From an uncultured Bacilli bacterium (GTDB lineage: Bacteria > Bacillota_I > Bacilli_A > RF39 > UBA660): a stretch of 64,000 nt of DNA. The notes beneath the pieces are model-generated. The model saw nothing but the letters and a program-made list of their open reading frames with translations, made no database searches and was not told where the DNA came from. The stretch is from contig CAKOKN010000002.1 in NCBI GenBank assembly GCA_934091055.1, forward strand, positions 153-64,152, read 5' to 3'. The position numbers and the translations under genes are program-made. Of the stretch, positions 18,416 to 28,179 are shown piece by piece; the stretch's first letter is position 1, and each line of letters starts with the position of its first letter.

Positions 18416-19254
18416 TATTCTCTAATCACTTTCCCATCTAAATTACAAATATATGCATTCGGTAATTTACTTTTAATATAGTCTAATTTATAATTATCTT
18501 TTTCATATATTCTACCTACTAAGACGCCTTCAATAAATACTGGAGGAATACCAAATACAATAGCACTTTCTCTATTAGTAAAAAAGTCATCTCTAATATC
18601 ATTAATAAAATGATTATATATTTTATCAACTACAAAAGATTTTAGTATTTCTTTATCAAAGTCTAATCTAAAAATATCTCCTTCAAGTAGACTTTTAGCC
18701 TCTTTACTTTCCATATTAAGAATAAAACCAATTTGAACATAATCTTTTTGAAGATTAGGAAGAAATCTTGCCTCTTTAGTTTGCTCGACGAACCATTTAC
18801 TATAATCGTTATTTTTAATTTCATTTTCTATATCAGAAATAGCTATAAGTTTAGTTCTTTTAATTTCTTCAGCTGCTTCTGTTCTGTAACCATCACCAAC
18901 AAATTCAATAGTGCAGCCACTATAAAGATTAATATAATCAGATAGCATCATATCTTTTTGAATATTCCAGAATCCTACACAATAAGGATATTTTTGCCTA
19001 AATTCATTACTTCTAAAAGTACCAGCAGTAAATCCATCTTGTGCAATAATATCTAGTCCATCCATATTTTTATAGGTACCATGCATAAAAGTACCTTTCT
19101 TTAAATAAACATTATCCCCCAATTTATAACTATGTTTATCTAACTCAAAATTATCTTTATATTCATAAAACTTATTTATTTGATTAATTAATAACTCTTT
19201 AGTTTTACCTACGAAGTTATCATTAACATATTTTATATATTCTTCCTTATTCAT
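18415..19254 (-). CDS. Hypothetical protein (no recognisable domain)
   Basis: 279 aa from the ATG after the AGGTGA RBS. Translationally coupled to the downstream phosphatase gene. Confidence 0.5.
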   Translation of the reverse strand: MNKEEYIKYVNDNFVGKTKELLINQINKFYEYKDNFELDKHSYKLGDNVYLKKGTFMHGTYKNMDGLDIIAQDGFTAGTFRSNEFRQKYPYCVGFWNIQKDMMLSDYINLYSGCTIEFVGDGYRTEAAEEIKRTKLIAISDIENEIKNNDYSKWFVEQTKEARFLPNLQKDYVQIGFILNMESKEAKSLLEGDIFRLDFDKEILKSFVVDKIYNHFINDIRDDFFTNRESAIVFGIPPVFIEGVLVGRIYEKDNYKLDYIKSKLPNAYICNLDGKVIRE

Positions 19255-19271
19255 AAAAATCACCTAAATTG

Positions 19272-19709
19272 TTAATTTGAAATATTAAATTCTTCTTTCA
19301 TCATTTCGTATAACTTTAATCTTTCCTCTTTAGTAAAAATATCTTTCTGTCTTTTAAATTTACTATTCGACCATTTCCAGAAATTGTAACCAAAGTGTTT
19401 ATCAATATACACTTTATTAAACAAATTTAATTCCTTTTTATATCTAGGAACAAACCAAAAATGGACATGAGGAGTTTCATTGTCTCTGTATGCATTGTTC
19501 ATTAAGCAAGCTAAATTATACATTGTAGGATTAAATAATTTATTACATACTCTTTCCAACTCTTTTTCTAATACTCCAAGTTCTATCCATTCTTCACTAG
19601 TCATATCACTAATTTTTTCTTTATGACCAGAAATAATACAAGCACCTGGAAACTCTTGACACCAATCTTGAAATACTACTTCAAAATATTTACCCCTATA
19701 TAATTCCAT
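19272..19709 (-). CDS. HIT-like (histidine triad-related) protein with degenerate triad
   Basis: 145 aa. ETPHVHFWFVPRY resembles the HxHxHxx HIT motif, but the third His is replaced by Trp. Confidence 0.5.
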   Translation of the reverse strand: MELYRGKYFEVVFQDWCQEFPGACIISGHKEKISDMTSEEWIELGVLEKELERVCNKLFNPTMYNLACLMNNAYRDNETPHVHFWFVPRYKKELNLFNKVYIDKHFGYNFWKWSNSKFKRQKDIFTKEERLKLYEMMKEEFNISN

Positions 19710-19821
19710 TAAAATTTATCAGTCCCTTCTAAATGATACTATACACCAATTCTATGATAACATAAAAACATAAAAAAATTACACAAATTATTTAATGTTT
19801 ACAAAATTTTACAGATTTAAT

Positions 19822-19861
19822 AAATTAAAAAAAGTATTTTTTAAAAACTAAAAAATACTTT
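19822..19861 (-). terminator. Intrinsic terminator downstream of the VirD4/TraG-like gene
   Basis: 13-bp stem AAAGTATTTTTTA (19831-19843) / TAAAAAATACTTT (19849-19861), then a U-run on the minus strand. A second hairpin TAGTAAGG...CCTTACTA is at 19877-19903. Confidence 0.55.
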
Positions 19862-19989
19862 CTGCTTCTCTATATTTAGTAAGGTTTAATATAATCCTTA
19901 CTATTAACCTTTTAATAATTGGTCTATTAGTAATCAATCTTTTTGTTTTACATACCATTTTTTTACATCTTTTATCTAATATTAGTTTA

Positions 19990-21324
19990 TTACTTTATAA
20001 AAAATAATTTAATATCATTTTTTTCAAGTTTAGGTAATTCTAAAGATCCTTTTTTTATATTCCAATTAATTTCATAATCAGGAAGAACCTTAGTTTTAAT
20101 AGGCATCATCCTAGGTACTAAAATAACCTCATTAAAGAAATCTATAGTTTTTAATTCTTCAATTGAAATAAGAGGTCCTTTATTAGTATTACCGCATAAT
20201 TTACTTACTTCTTCTAAAGTATATAAATCATTTGCTAATAAATAAATAATATTATCAAAGCACATTCTAATTAATTCAGTATTTTTACTACCATAAACAT
20301 TATTTAAGTTAGTAAAGTTTTTAACAAAAGCAGTAATTTTAATATTAATTCCTCTAGCATAATTAAACTTACTATAAAAATCTACTATAGGTAATAAACT
20401 ATCAAATTCATCAATAACTAAGTTAAATCTTTCTTTTTTATTACCATATAATTGAACACTACAAAAGATTTGATCCAATAATATAGTAATTAAATTATTA
20501 ACATAACTTGAAATACCACTTATCACTATAATTGCAGTTTTTTCATTACCAATATTAGTTATGTCAAAGTCTGTTTTAGACATTGCATTAGATAATCTTT
20601 CTTTAGTAACAAACTTTTTAATTCTTTGATTAAATGTTACTAAAATACCAGCCTTTGTTTCAGGAACAGTACCAAGTGTATTAAACAAATATTGATATGT
20701 ACTAGAGTTTCTATCTATTGTATCAATAATATTTTCTTTGCTATTATTTATTTGCTCAGATAAAGAAACTACACTATTTAAATTAATTTCTTCTTCTTTA
20801 GCATTATCAAATAAATATAGAACAAGACCAACAAAATATTCTATCGCAGTATTTTCCCAGAATATATCAGAATTATCATTACTATCATGTAATAAATAAT
20901 ATCCAATATTTTCTAACATTTCAATAGCCTTATCCTTATTATCATTTTTATATAATTCATAAGGAAAAGTAAGTACATTATAATAGTTTCCTTTTTCTAG
21001 GTTAGCATAGTCTAATACTATAATATTATAATTATTATTTTTTAATTCACCACCTATCTCATCTAAAATTTCCCCTTTTACATCATTAATAAATAATGAT
21101 TCTCCAGCCTTAATAGCAAGTTTAATTTGTGGTAACATAACACTTTGTGTTTTACCACTACCAGGAGCACCAATAACAATAGTATGAGAATTATCATCTT
21201 TTATATATAATTTATTTTTATCATATCCCATTGGTATTCCTGATTTTTTGATATCTGAATTAATATCTACTTCTTTGAGAAATTTTAACATTTCCTCTTT
21301 AGTAGCCCATCTTGCATAATTCAT
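19990..21324 (-). CDS. VirD4/TraG-type (type IV coupling protein-like) ATPase without an N-terminal membrane anchor
   Basis: 444 aa from the ATG after the GAAAGGAG RBS. Walker A TIVIGAPGSGKTQS, FINDVKGEI, DIFWENTA, Walker B FNLVIDEFDSL, in the order typical of T4CPs. No hydrophobic N-terminal helices. Confidence 0.7.
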   Translation of the reverse strand: MNYARWATKEEMLKFLKEVDINSDIKKSGIPMGYDKNKLYIKDDNSHTIVIGAPGSGKTQSVMLPQIKLAIKAGESLFINDVKGEILDEIGGELKNNNYNIIVLDYANLEKGNYYNVLTFPYELYKNDNKDKAIEMLENIGYYLLHDSNDNSDIFWENTAIEYFVGLVLYLFDNAKEEEINLNSVVSLSEQINNSKENIIDTIDRNSSTYQYLFNTLGTVPETKAGILVTFNQRIKKFVTKERLSNAMSKTDFDITNIGNEKTAIIVISGISSYVNNLITILLDQIFCSVQLYGNKKERFNLVIDEFDSLLPIVDFYSKFNYARGINIKITAFVKNFTNLNNVYGSKNTELIRMCFDNIIYLLANDLYTLEEVSKLCGNTNKGPLISIEELKTIDFFNEVILVPRMMPIKTKVLPDYEINWNIKKGSLELPKLEKNDIKLFFIK

Positions 21325-21415
21325 TATATCATCTCCTTTCAAAAACATTATATTGCTAAAAATATATAAAAAGTTAAACAAAAATGGCTTTTTTATGATA
21401 AAATATATCTAGGAA

Positions 21416-21892
21416 GTGATTTTTATTTATTCTAACGAACTAGTATGTAATATTTTAAAATATATTAATAATAATATAAATACAGAAATTACTATAATAA
21501 ATCTAAGTAATATTTTTAGTTATGATAAAACATATATTATGAAAAAATTTAAAAAAGAACTAGGATTAACTATCGTAGAGTATATAAATAATAAGAGAAT
21601 ACTAAATAGCCTAAGTGATTATAAACTAAATACTACTATATTAAGAATAGCCTTATTAAATGGTTATAATAGTATAGAGTATTATTCCGAAATCTTTAGA
21701 AATTTAATAGGAGTCTCACCAAGAGTATATAAAAGATTTACAACTCCATTAAACAATTTAAATGAAGAAGTAACAAATACAATAAGAAATTCAATATCTA
21801 ATTTAATTAATATTGAAAATAAGATACAGAAATATTTAAGTAATCAAAAACCAAAAGAATTACCAGTCAGAAAATTATCAATATTTAAATAA
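21416..21892 (+). CDS. AraC-family HTH transcriptional regulator (short)
   Basis: C-terminal double-HTH signature (LSNIFSYDKTYIMKKFKKELG...ILRIALLNGYNSIEYYSEIFRNLIGVSPRVYKR). Divergent from the VirD4-like gene. Confidence 0.75.
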   Translation: MIFIYSNELVCNILKYINNNINTEITIINLSNIFSYDKTYIMKKFKKELGLTIVEYINNKRILNSLSDYKLNTTILRIALLNGYNSIEYYSEIFRNLIGVSPRVYKRFTTPLNNLNEEVTNTIRNSISNLINIENKIQKYLSNQKPKELPVRKLSIFK

Positions 21893-21976
21893 AAAACAAA
21901 AAATGCACATTTTTCTTAAAATTTTGTGCATTTTTATATATTTTTAGTACTACTTTGCACAATGATTGTGCATTTT
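21891..21976 (+). repeat. ~88-bp direct repeat, copy A, flanking the Fic gene (contains two TGCACA/TGTGCA palindromes)
   Basis: AAAAAACAAAAAATGCACATTTTTCTTAAAATTTTGTGCATTTTTATATATTTTTAGTACTACTTTGCACAATGATTGTGCATTTTT. Inverted repeats at 21903-21931 and 21956-21972. It fills the whole AraC-Fic spacer. Confidence 0.9.
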
Positions 21977-23064
21977 TATACAGAATCTTTTCCTAAAAAA
22001 ACATTATAAATAGATTTATATTTATATGCAAGTTTTGCATAAGTAGAGTCCTCCACTAAAATATTCATTTGTACTAATTTATCAATAGCAGTAGAAACAG
22101 CATTTCTTGAGACACCAGATAAATTTTCAATTTCTTTTTTAGTAAAAACGATTTGTTGCATCATAATGGGCATAATTCTATACATAACATTTCTTTTTAA
22201 TGGTTTTATTTTTTCCATATCTTCGTTATATATTTGTTTAATTCTATTAATTTTTGCTATATAATTTTCACATTGTTCAATAATACATTGTAAAAAGAAT
22301 TTTATAAAACCTAACATATTTCCTTTTCTACTTTCATTTAAAAATCTGTGATAACTGGGCTTATATAATTCAATTACTTCTGATAGAAATAGAATTGGTT
22401 CATCACCAGTAAGCATAGCAAGTTGAATAGGAATCAAAGCCCTACCTAATCTACCATTTCCATCTCTATAAGCATGAATAGTTTCAAATTGTGAATGTGA
22501 AATAGCTAAATTTATAAATATAGGATCAACGAAAGCATCATTCATATATTTAAATAAATTATTTAGTAGTATTGGAACTTCTTCAGGTACTGGTGGTACA
22601 AAAATAGCTTCGTTAATAGTACATCCTTTTGGTCCAATCCAGTTCTGAATATTTCTAATATGGCCTGGTTCCTTTTCATTACCTCTAACACTATCTAAAA
22701 GAATTTTATGTATATCATTAACAAATATTAAATTAATTTCTTTATTCTTTTTTAAATATTCTTTAGAATAATTGATAACACTTTTTAAATTTTGAATTTC
22801 CTTATTTTCATCTGTTTGAGGCATATATTTTAAATAATACACATCATCTTGTGAAATTTGTGTACCTTCAATCTGAGTAGATTTAAAACTTTCTGTAAGT
22901 ATAATTGAATCTAGGAAAAATTTTGAGTCAAAGTCCATATTTTTTAGACAAGCTTTATATTCTCCATATTTAGCATTAGCATCAGATATTAGTCTTAATA
23001 AATCCTTATCTATGGAGTATTCGATAGGTAACTCTTTTACTTTAATTGGTTCCATTTTCATCAC
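21976..23064 (-). CDS. Fic family protein (putative AMPylase) with N-terminal inhibitory motif and C-terminal winged-helix
   Basis: 362 aa. Fic motif HAYRDGNGRLGRAL (HxFx[D/E]GNGRxxR type). Upstream STQIEG matches the [S/T]xxxE[G/N] autoinhibition motif. C-terminal HTH-like LSGVSRNAVSTAIDKLVQMNIL. Confidence 0.9.
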   Translation of the reverse strand: MMKMEPIKVKELPIEYSIDKDLLRLISDANAKYGEYKACLKNMDFDSKFFLDSIILTESFKSTQIEGTQISQDDVYYLKYMPQTDENKEIQNLKSVINYSKEYLKKNKEINLIFVNDIHKILLDSVRGNEKEPGHIRNIQNWIGPKGCTINEAIFVPPVPEEVPILLNNLFKYMNDAFVDPIFINLAISHSQFETIHAYRDGNGRLGRALIPIQLAMLTGDEPILFLSEVIELYKPSYHRFLNESRKGNMLGFIKFFLQCIIEQCENYIAKINRIKQIYNEDMEKIKPLKRNVMYRIMPIMMQQIVFTKKEIENLSGVSRNAVSTAIDKLVQMNILVEDSTYAKLAYKYKSIYNVFLGKDSV

Positions 23065-23100
23065 CTCTGCAAAAATAATACCATAAAAAAATCAAAAAGT

Positions 23101-23160
23101 AAAGAAAAATGCACAATATACTTAAATTTTTGTGCATTTTTACAAATTTTGACATATTTT
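23101..23160 (+). repeat. Partial third copy of the Fic-flanking repeat (first palindrome only)
   Basis: AAAATGCACAATATACTTAAATTTTTGTGCATTTTT with ATGCACA 23109-23115 and TGTGCAT 23131-23137. Confidence 0.8.
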
Positions 23161-23187
23161 TTTTATAAAAAGTGCATAAATATCTAT

Positions 23188-23275
23188 AAAAAACAAAAAA
23201 ATGCACAATTTTCTTAAAATTTTGTGCATTTTTATATATTTATAGTACTGCTTTGCACAATGATTGTGCATTTTT
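23188..23275 (+). repeat. ~88-bp direct repeat, copy B, flanking the Fic gene
   Basis: Differs from copy A by about 3 substitutions and one 1-nt indel. Palindromes at 23201-23229 and 23254-23270. Confidence 0.9.
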
Positions 23276-23343
23276 TGACATTTCCAAATAATTTTGCATA
23301 TTTTTAATTAAAAAAATTTAATATCATATATAAACAATACATA

Positions 23344-23424
23344 AATTTAAAGACTATAAGGCTTTAAATTTTCAAATAAAGACATTAGGCTTTATTTGAT
23401 AGTGAGAGACCTTAGACTCGAACT
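23344..23424 (-). repeat. Modular stem-loop repeat, locus 4 (inverted orientation, 3 units)
   Basis: AATTTAAAG-ACTATAAGG-CTTTAAATT (23344-23370), AAATAAAG-ACATTAGG-CTTTATTT (23374-23397), AGTGAGAGACCTTAGACTCGAACT (23401-23424, reverse complement of the M1 module). Confidence 0.85.
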
Positions 23425-23463
23425 AAAAATAAAAGAAGCATATAATCTTATGCTTCTAACTAA

Positions 23464-26400
23464 TTAAAATAAACTAAGCTGACTAGTCTCAGGCATACCA
23501 CTAAATATACCCATACTTCTCATCTTTTCAATTAAAGTTTGCGATACCTTACATCTAGTTTGAAAGTCCTCAATACTAATAAATGGTGCTCTTTCTGCTT
23601 CTTTTTCAATATTCTTAGCAACAACATCACCTAGACCATCAATAGCTCTAAATGGAGGAATAATAGTCTTATCATCACCTACAGTAAATATCATACCCTT
23701 ACTCTTATATAAATCATAAGGAGCAACCTTAATACCTCTCGCAGCCATTTCTAATGCTACTTTCAAACATTCAGATACACCATTCTCCTTATTCGTAGCA
23801 TCATATCCTTTACCTTCAATCTCCGTAAGAACTCTCTTAATATCATCATAACCCTTAATCATAGCCTCTATATCAAAATCAGTAGCCTTAGTACTATACC
23901 AACTAGCATAGAAGTACGCAGGCATATGTACCTTATACCAAGCAATTCTAAATGCACTAATAACATAAGCAGCAGCATGTGCTTTCGGGAACATATACTT
24001 AATCTTAAAACAGCTATCAATAAACCAAGACTCAATACCAGCCTTTTCCATAGTTTCCTTATGCTTAGCCCAAGTTTCAGGATCCTTACTAGCTTTACCC
24101 TTACGAACAAACTCCATTATCTTAAATGCCTTAATAGGTTCTACACCGTGATACATAAGATAAACCATTATATCATCACGACATCCAATAACCTCTTTAA
24201 ATGGAACAATATTATTCTTAATAAGTTCTTGAGCATTACCAAGCCATACATCAGTACCATGTGATAATCCAGATATCTTAATTAACTCTGCAAAAGTAGT
24301 AGGCTTAGTTTCATATACCAAACTAATAGTAAATGGAGTACCAAACTCAGGAATACCAAGAGTACCAGTATCACACATAATCTGTTCGTTAGTAACACCC
24401 AAAGCTTTAGTAGAAGTAAATATACTCATCGTATCCTTATCATCAAGAGGAACCTTAAGAATATCCGTACCAGATAATTCCTGAATAAGTCTAAGCTGAG
24501 TCGGATCAGAGTGACCTAGTATATCAAGTTTAAGTAAATCCTGATCAATAGCGTGGTAATCAAAGTGTGTTGTCCTCCAAGCACTCGTCGGATCTTCCGC
24601 TGGAAATTGGAAAGGAGTAAAGTCAGATACATCCATATAATCAGGTACAACAACAATACCACCAGGATGCTGACCAGTCGTTCTCTTAACACCAGTACAT
24701 CCCATAGCAAGTCTCTCTATCTCACAAGACCTCTTATTAGTAATACCCTTATCTTCAAAAAAACCCTTAACAAAACCAAAAGCAGTTTTCTCAGCAACAG
24801 TACCAATAGTACCTGCTCTATAAACATTATCAACACCAAATAATACCTTTGTATATTCATGTGCAGATGCTTGATTCAAATCCGAAAAGTTAAGGTCAAT
24901 ATCTGGTACCTTATCAGCATTAAAACCAAGGAATGTAGCAAATGGCATATCCTGACCATCTTTATATAATCTCTCCCCACATACAGGACACATCTTATCA
25001 GGCAAATCAAACCCACTAGAATAAGTAGCACCTAAATCCTTACCATCATCATCCTTAAATATACTATGCTTACACTTTAAACATCTATAATGAGCAGGAA
25101 GAGGATTAACCTCCGTAATACCCATCATCGTAGCTACAAAAGATGAACCAACACTACCTCTAGAACCAACCAAAAATCCCTCATCATTAGAGTGTTTAAC
25201 AAGTCTTTGGGCAATTAGATATATCGGATCAAACCCACCTCCAATAACACCACCAAATAACTTCTTAACTTTCTTTTCTACGGTCTTATCAGTAAGTTCT
25301 CCGTCTTCCTCATTCCAGTGCTCTCTAGCATAATTAATAACTAGTTCGTTAACAGTATCATATCCGCTAATCAAAGTATTATGTAAATTCTCAAATAACT
25401 TACTCTCAAACTCTTCATTACTAATATCTGGGTATTCCTTTTTTAACTTTTCTTCCCAGCATTTATATACAATATTACCATATAACTCCGTAGATATTCT
25501 CTCTTCAATATTATGAGGTAAATTATCACCATACCAATCCTTAGCCCTATTAAATACAAGGTCAGTAACTACTCTAGGACAGTCCAAATAAGACTTACCA
25601 TCATCACTCTTAACCCTTGGTGAAAAAGGAATACCACCAGTATCAATAATAACCTCAATCTCCTCTACCATATCAAGAACCTTATTCGTATTAGTAACAA
25701 CTATCTCATAAGCCTCCTCTTCTCCGAGAAAAGCAAAATCATTAAGCATCTCTTTTGTAGTTCTAAAATGCTGTGAAGGAATTGAAGTAATACTACTCTT
25801 AGCAAGAGGATGTCTGCCACCACCAGGTACCTTCTGATTAACAATAATCTCTCTGTATATCTTGTCTTCTCTAGTAAAATGATGAACGTCCCCAGTAGCC
25901 ACAATAATCTTCCCAGCCTCACGAGTAGCAGTAATGATCTTCTTAATATGCTCTTTAATCTCAAACTCATCTTTAAAATCACTAGTCTGAATCAAATGAC
26001 CGTATACTTCCGGAGGCTGTACTTCAACATAGTCATAGAAGTTAATAATATTAGTAAGTTCTTCACCCTCTTTACTTCTAGCCTCAATAAATACTTCACT
26101 TTCGTAGCAGCCACTACCAATAATAAGGCCCTCTCTTAGTTCATTAAGCCTGCTTCTAAGTATTCTCGGAGTCTTATATAAATAAGTAGTATTAGCAAGA
26201 GATATAATCTTAAATAAATTTTTAAGACCCTTCTTATTAAGAGCAATAGCATTAAAATGATATGTTCTACCAAATTTATATATCTCATCTTTAGGAATAA
26301 GCTTATCTAAATCACTAATCTTACTTAAATTCTGCATAGTAAGTTTACTAATCATCTTATGAAATACATAAGCAGTACCTTCAGCATCATAATCCGCTCT

Positions 26401-28089
26401 ATGATGAGCATCCTCTTCCCAAGGAACATTATATCTCTTAACCAAAGCAGATAAACTATGTCTAGAATATCCTGTATCAATAGCTCTAGATAATTCTAAT
26501 GTATCAATAACCGTATTTTGAAATTCACCTAAATCATATTTTTTCATTGCACTAGAAATAAATGAAATATCAAATTTAGCATTATGAGCTACCATTGGTA
26601 AATCGCCAGTCCATTCTAAAAATCTCTTAGTAACATTTTCTTCATTATCTTTACCTTTAACCATCTCATCAGTAATACAAGTAAGCGCGGTAATCTTATC
26701 AGGAATATGTCTACCTGGATCAATAAGTTCATCAAATCTATCAATAATATTACCATCTTTAATCTTAACAGCACCAATTTCTATCATTTGGTCAGTACCA
26801 CCAGCATTAAAACCAGTAGTCTCAGTATCAAATACCACAAAAGTAGTACCTGATAGAGGTCTATCATCACTTCTAACTACAATATCGACAGTATCATCAA
26901 CTACCGTAAGCTCAGTACCATATAGTCCCTTAAAATGTTTACTAGGATCTTCTATTCCCTTATTATGACCAGATATAATACCATAAGCAATTGGAAATGC
27001 CTGACAACCACTATGATCTGTAATAGCAACCCCTCTATAACCCATATCAATACATTTATTTACCAGTTCACAAGTATGTTTACCAAGATCAACTCTAGTA
27101 ATACCATCCATTTGACTCATCATAGTATGTGCGTGAAGTTCTACTCTTTTAACAGGAGCATCATCCACTATCTTCTCAGCAGCAGGCTTCTCTATCTTTT
27201 CTACATCTTTATATCTCGTCGTAAAAGTAAGTTCATTAGAATACTTATCCATAGCTACTTTACCATAAAAGTTATACCAAGAACCAACCTTAAGTAAATC
27301 TTTAATTCTAGCATATTCATCATTATCTTTAGTAAACATCTTAACATAAATACTATCATTATTATCCGTAACCTTAAGAGTGATAATTTTATAACCACTC
27401 TTAGATTCAAACATATCGATGCCAAAGATAGTACCTTCTATAGTAATATTATCTACTTCATACATTAAATCTTTAATTGGAGTAATACTAGTATCCTTCT
27501 TAGGTCTAAAGTACTTCTTCTCTTCTGTTTTAACCTCACTAGCAGTCTCTTTCTTTGGGCTGACTACTTTAGGAGCCTCTACTACTTTTTCACGCTCTAT
27601 CTCTTTAAGTAATTCTTGTTCTTTTTCTTCTACTAAACTAAGTTCTAAACTCTTATTAAAACCATAATCTTTAAGACAATTATTAATATAATTAAGTTTC
27701 TCAATCAAATAAGAATTTTCTGCTTTATTATATACTTCAAATACATATTTATTATCTACTACATTAACATTTCTACCAATAAATACTCTATATTTATAAC
27801 TATCATTACTAAATATATTAATTAAATTATCTATATAATCATTAATATATTCATCATTATCTTCAGTTACTATAACACTAAGTTTAATATCTTCAATAGT
27901 ACTAAAATTAATCTTAATTTTATTAATAAGTTCAGTATATATATATACAGGTAGTATCTTATCATTTTCTATAATAAAATTCCATAATTTATTATTATCA
28001 TAGACTACTATTTTCTTAATACTAGCCTTTTCTAAATAGTCAGTATTCATACCAATTTGATCTAGTAATCTCTTCATTTTATCTTGCAT
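23464..28089 (-). CDS. polC: DNA polymerase III alpha subunit, PolC type
   Basis: 1541 aa. PHP motif VELHAHTMMS, inserted 3'-5' exonuclease FVVFDTETTG...HNAKFDISF...HRADYDA, zinc module CLKCKH...CPVCG, polymerase core PDIDLNF. Confidence 0.97.
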   Translation of the reverse strand: MQDKMKRLLDQIGMNTDYLEKASIKKIVVYDNNKLWNFIIENDKILPVYIYTELINKIKINFSTIEDIKLSVIVTEDNDEYINDYIDNLINIFSNDSYKYRVFIGRNVNVVDNKYVFEVYNKAENSYLIEKLNYINNCLKDYGFNKSLELSLVEEKEQELLKEIEREKVVEAPKVVSPKKETASEVKTEEKKYFRPKKDTSITPIKDLMYEVDNITIEGTIFGIDMFESKSGYKIITLKVTDNNDSIYVKMFTKDNDEYARIKDLLKVGSWYNFYGKVAMDKYSNELTFTTRYKDVEKIEKPAAEKIVDDAPVKRVELHAHTMMSQMDGITRVDLGKHTCELVNKCIDMGYRGVAITDHSGCQAFPIAYGIISGHNKGIEDPSKHFKGLYGTELTVVDDTVDIVVRSDDRPLSGTTFVVFDTETTGFNAGGTDQMIEIGAVKIKDGNIIDRFDELIDPGRHIPDKITALTCITDEMVKGKDNEENVTKRFLEWTGDLPMVAHNAKFDISFISSAMKKYDLGEFQNTVIDTLELSRAIDTGYSRHSLSALVKRYNVPWEEDAHHRADYDAEGTAYVFHKMISKLTMQNLSKISDLDKLIPKDEIYKFGRTYHFNAIALNKKGLKNLFKIISLANTTYLYKTPRILRSRLNELREGLIIGSGCYESEVFIEARSKEGEELTNIINFYDYVEVQPPEVYGHLIQTSDFKDEFEIKEHIKKIITATREAGKIIVATGDVHHFTREDKIYREIIVNQKVPGGGRHPLAKSSITSIPSQHFRTTKEMLNDFAFLGEEEAYEIVVTNTNKVLDMVEEIEVIIDTGGIPFSPRVKSDDGKSYLDCPRVVTDLVFNRAKDWYGDNLPHNIEERISTELYGNIVYKCWEEKLKKEYPDISNEEFESKLFENLHNTLISGYDTVNELVINYAREHWNEEDGELTDKTVEKKVKKLFGGVIGGGFDPIYLIAQRLVKHSNDEGFLVGSRGSVGSSFVATMMGITEVNPLPAHYRCLKCKHSIFKDDDGKDLGATYSSGFDLPDKMCPVCGERLYKDGQDMPFATFLGFNADKVPDIDLNFSDLNQASAHEYTKVLFGVDNVYRAGTIGTVAEKTAFGFVKGFFEDKGITNKRSCEIERLAMGCTGVKRTTGQHPGGIVVVPDYMDVSDFTPFQFPAEDPTSAWRTTHFDYHAIDQDLLKLDILGHSDPTQLRLIQELSGTDILKVPLDDKDTMSIFTSTKALGVTNEQIMCDTGTLGIPEFGTPFTISLVYETKPTTFAELIKISGLSHGTDVWLGNAQELIKNNIVPFKEVIGCRDDIMVYLMYHGVEPIKAFKIMEFVRKGKASKDPETWAKHKETMEKAGIESWFIDSCFKIKYMFPKAHAAAYVISAFRIAWYKVHMPAYFYASWYSTKATDFDIEAMIKGYDDIKRVLTEIEGKGYDATNKENGVSECLKVALEMAARGIKVAPYDLYKSKGMIFTVGDDKTIIPPFRAIDGLGDVVAKNIEKEAERAPFISIEDFQTRCKVSQTLIEKMRSMGIFSGMPETSQLSLF

Positions 28090-28179
28090 AATACCACCTA
28101 AACTTCCTATCTAATATTATACTAAAAAAAAGAAGTAAATTAAACCTCTTTACAATCTTTTTTACAAGTTTTTATTTTA

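Noticed and set aside
19990-23463. An intact integrative conjugative element or prophage around the VirD4-like and Fic genes.
   Set aside because: No integrase, relaxase, VirB4, capsid or terminase genes and no att-like tRNA junction are visible. Only isolated genes are present.
23868-27667. Nine extra ORFs of 64-120 aa on both strands inside polC (for example 23868..24110, 23926..24264, 25810..26139, 26935..27297).
   Set aside because: All lie wholly inside the well-supported 1541-aa polC frame and have low-complexity Leu/Ile/Ser/Asn-rich translations with no RBS. This is typical of chance ORFs in AT-rich DNA. The same reasoning applies to 3388..3609, 4860..5114, 6145..6357, 6794..6976, 12079..12273, 14974..15171, 15258..15488, 17245..17535, 18733..18945, 34553..34738, 35921..36199, 40694..40915, 41608..41793, 43179..43379, 43962..44225, 44012..44197, 44661..45560 (four ORFs), 47552..47875, 49368..49598, 50966..51205, 56748..57182, 60334..60666 and 61327..61737.
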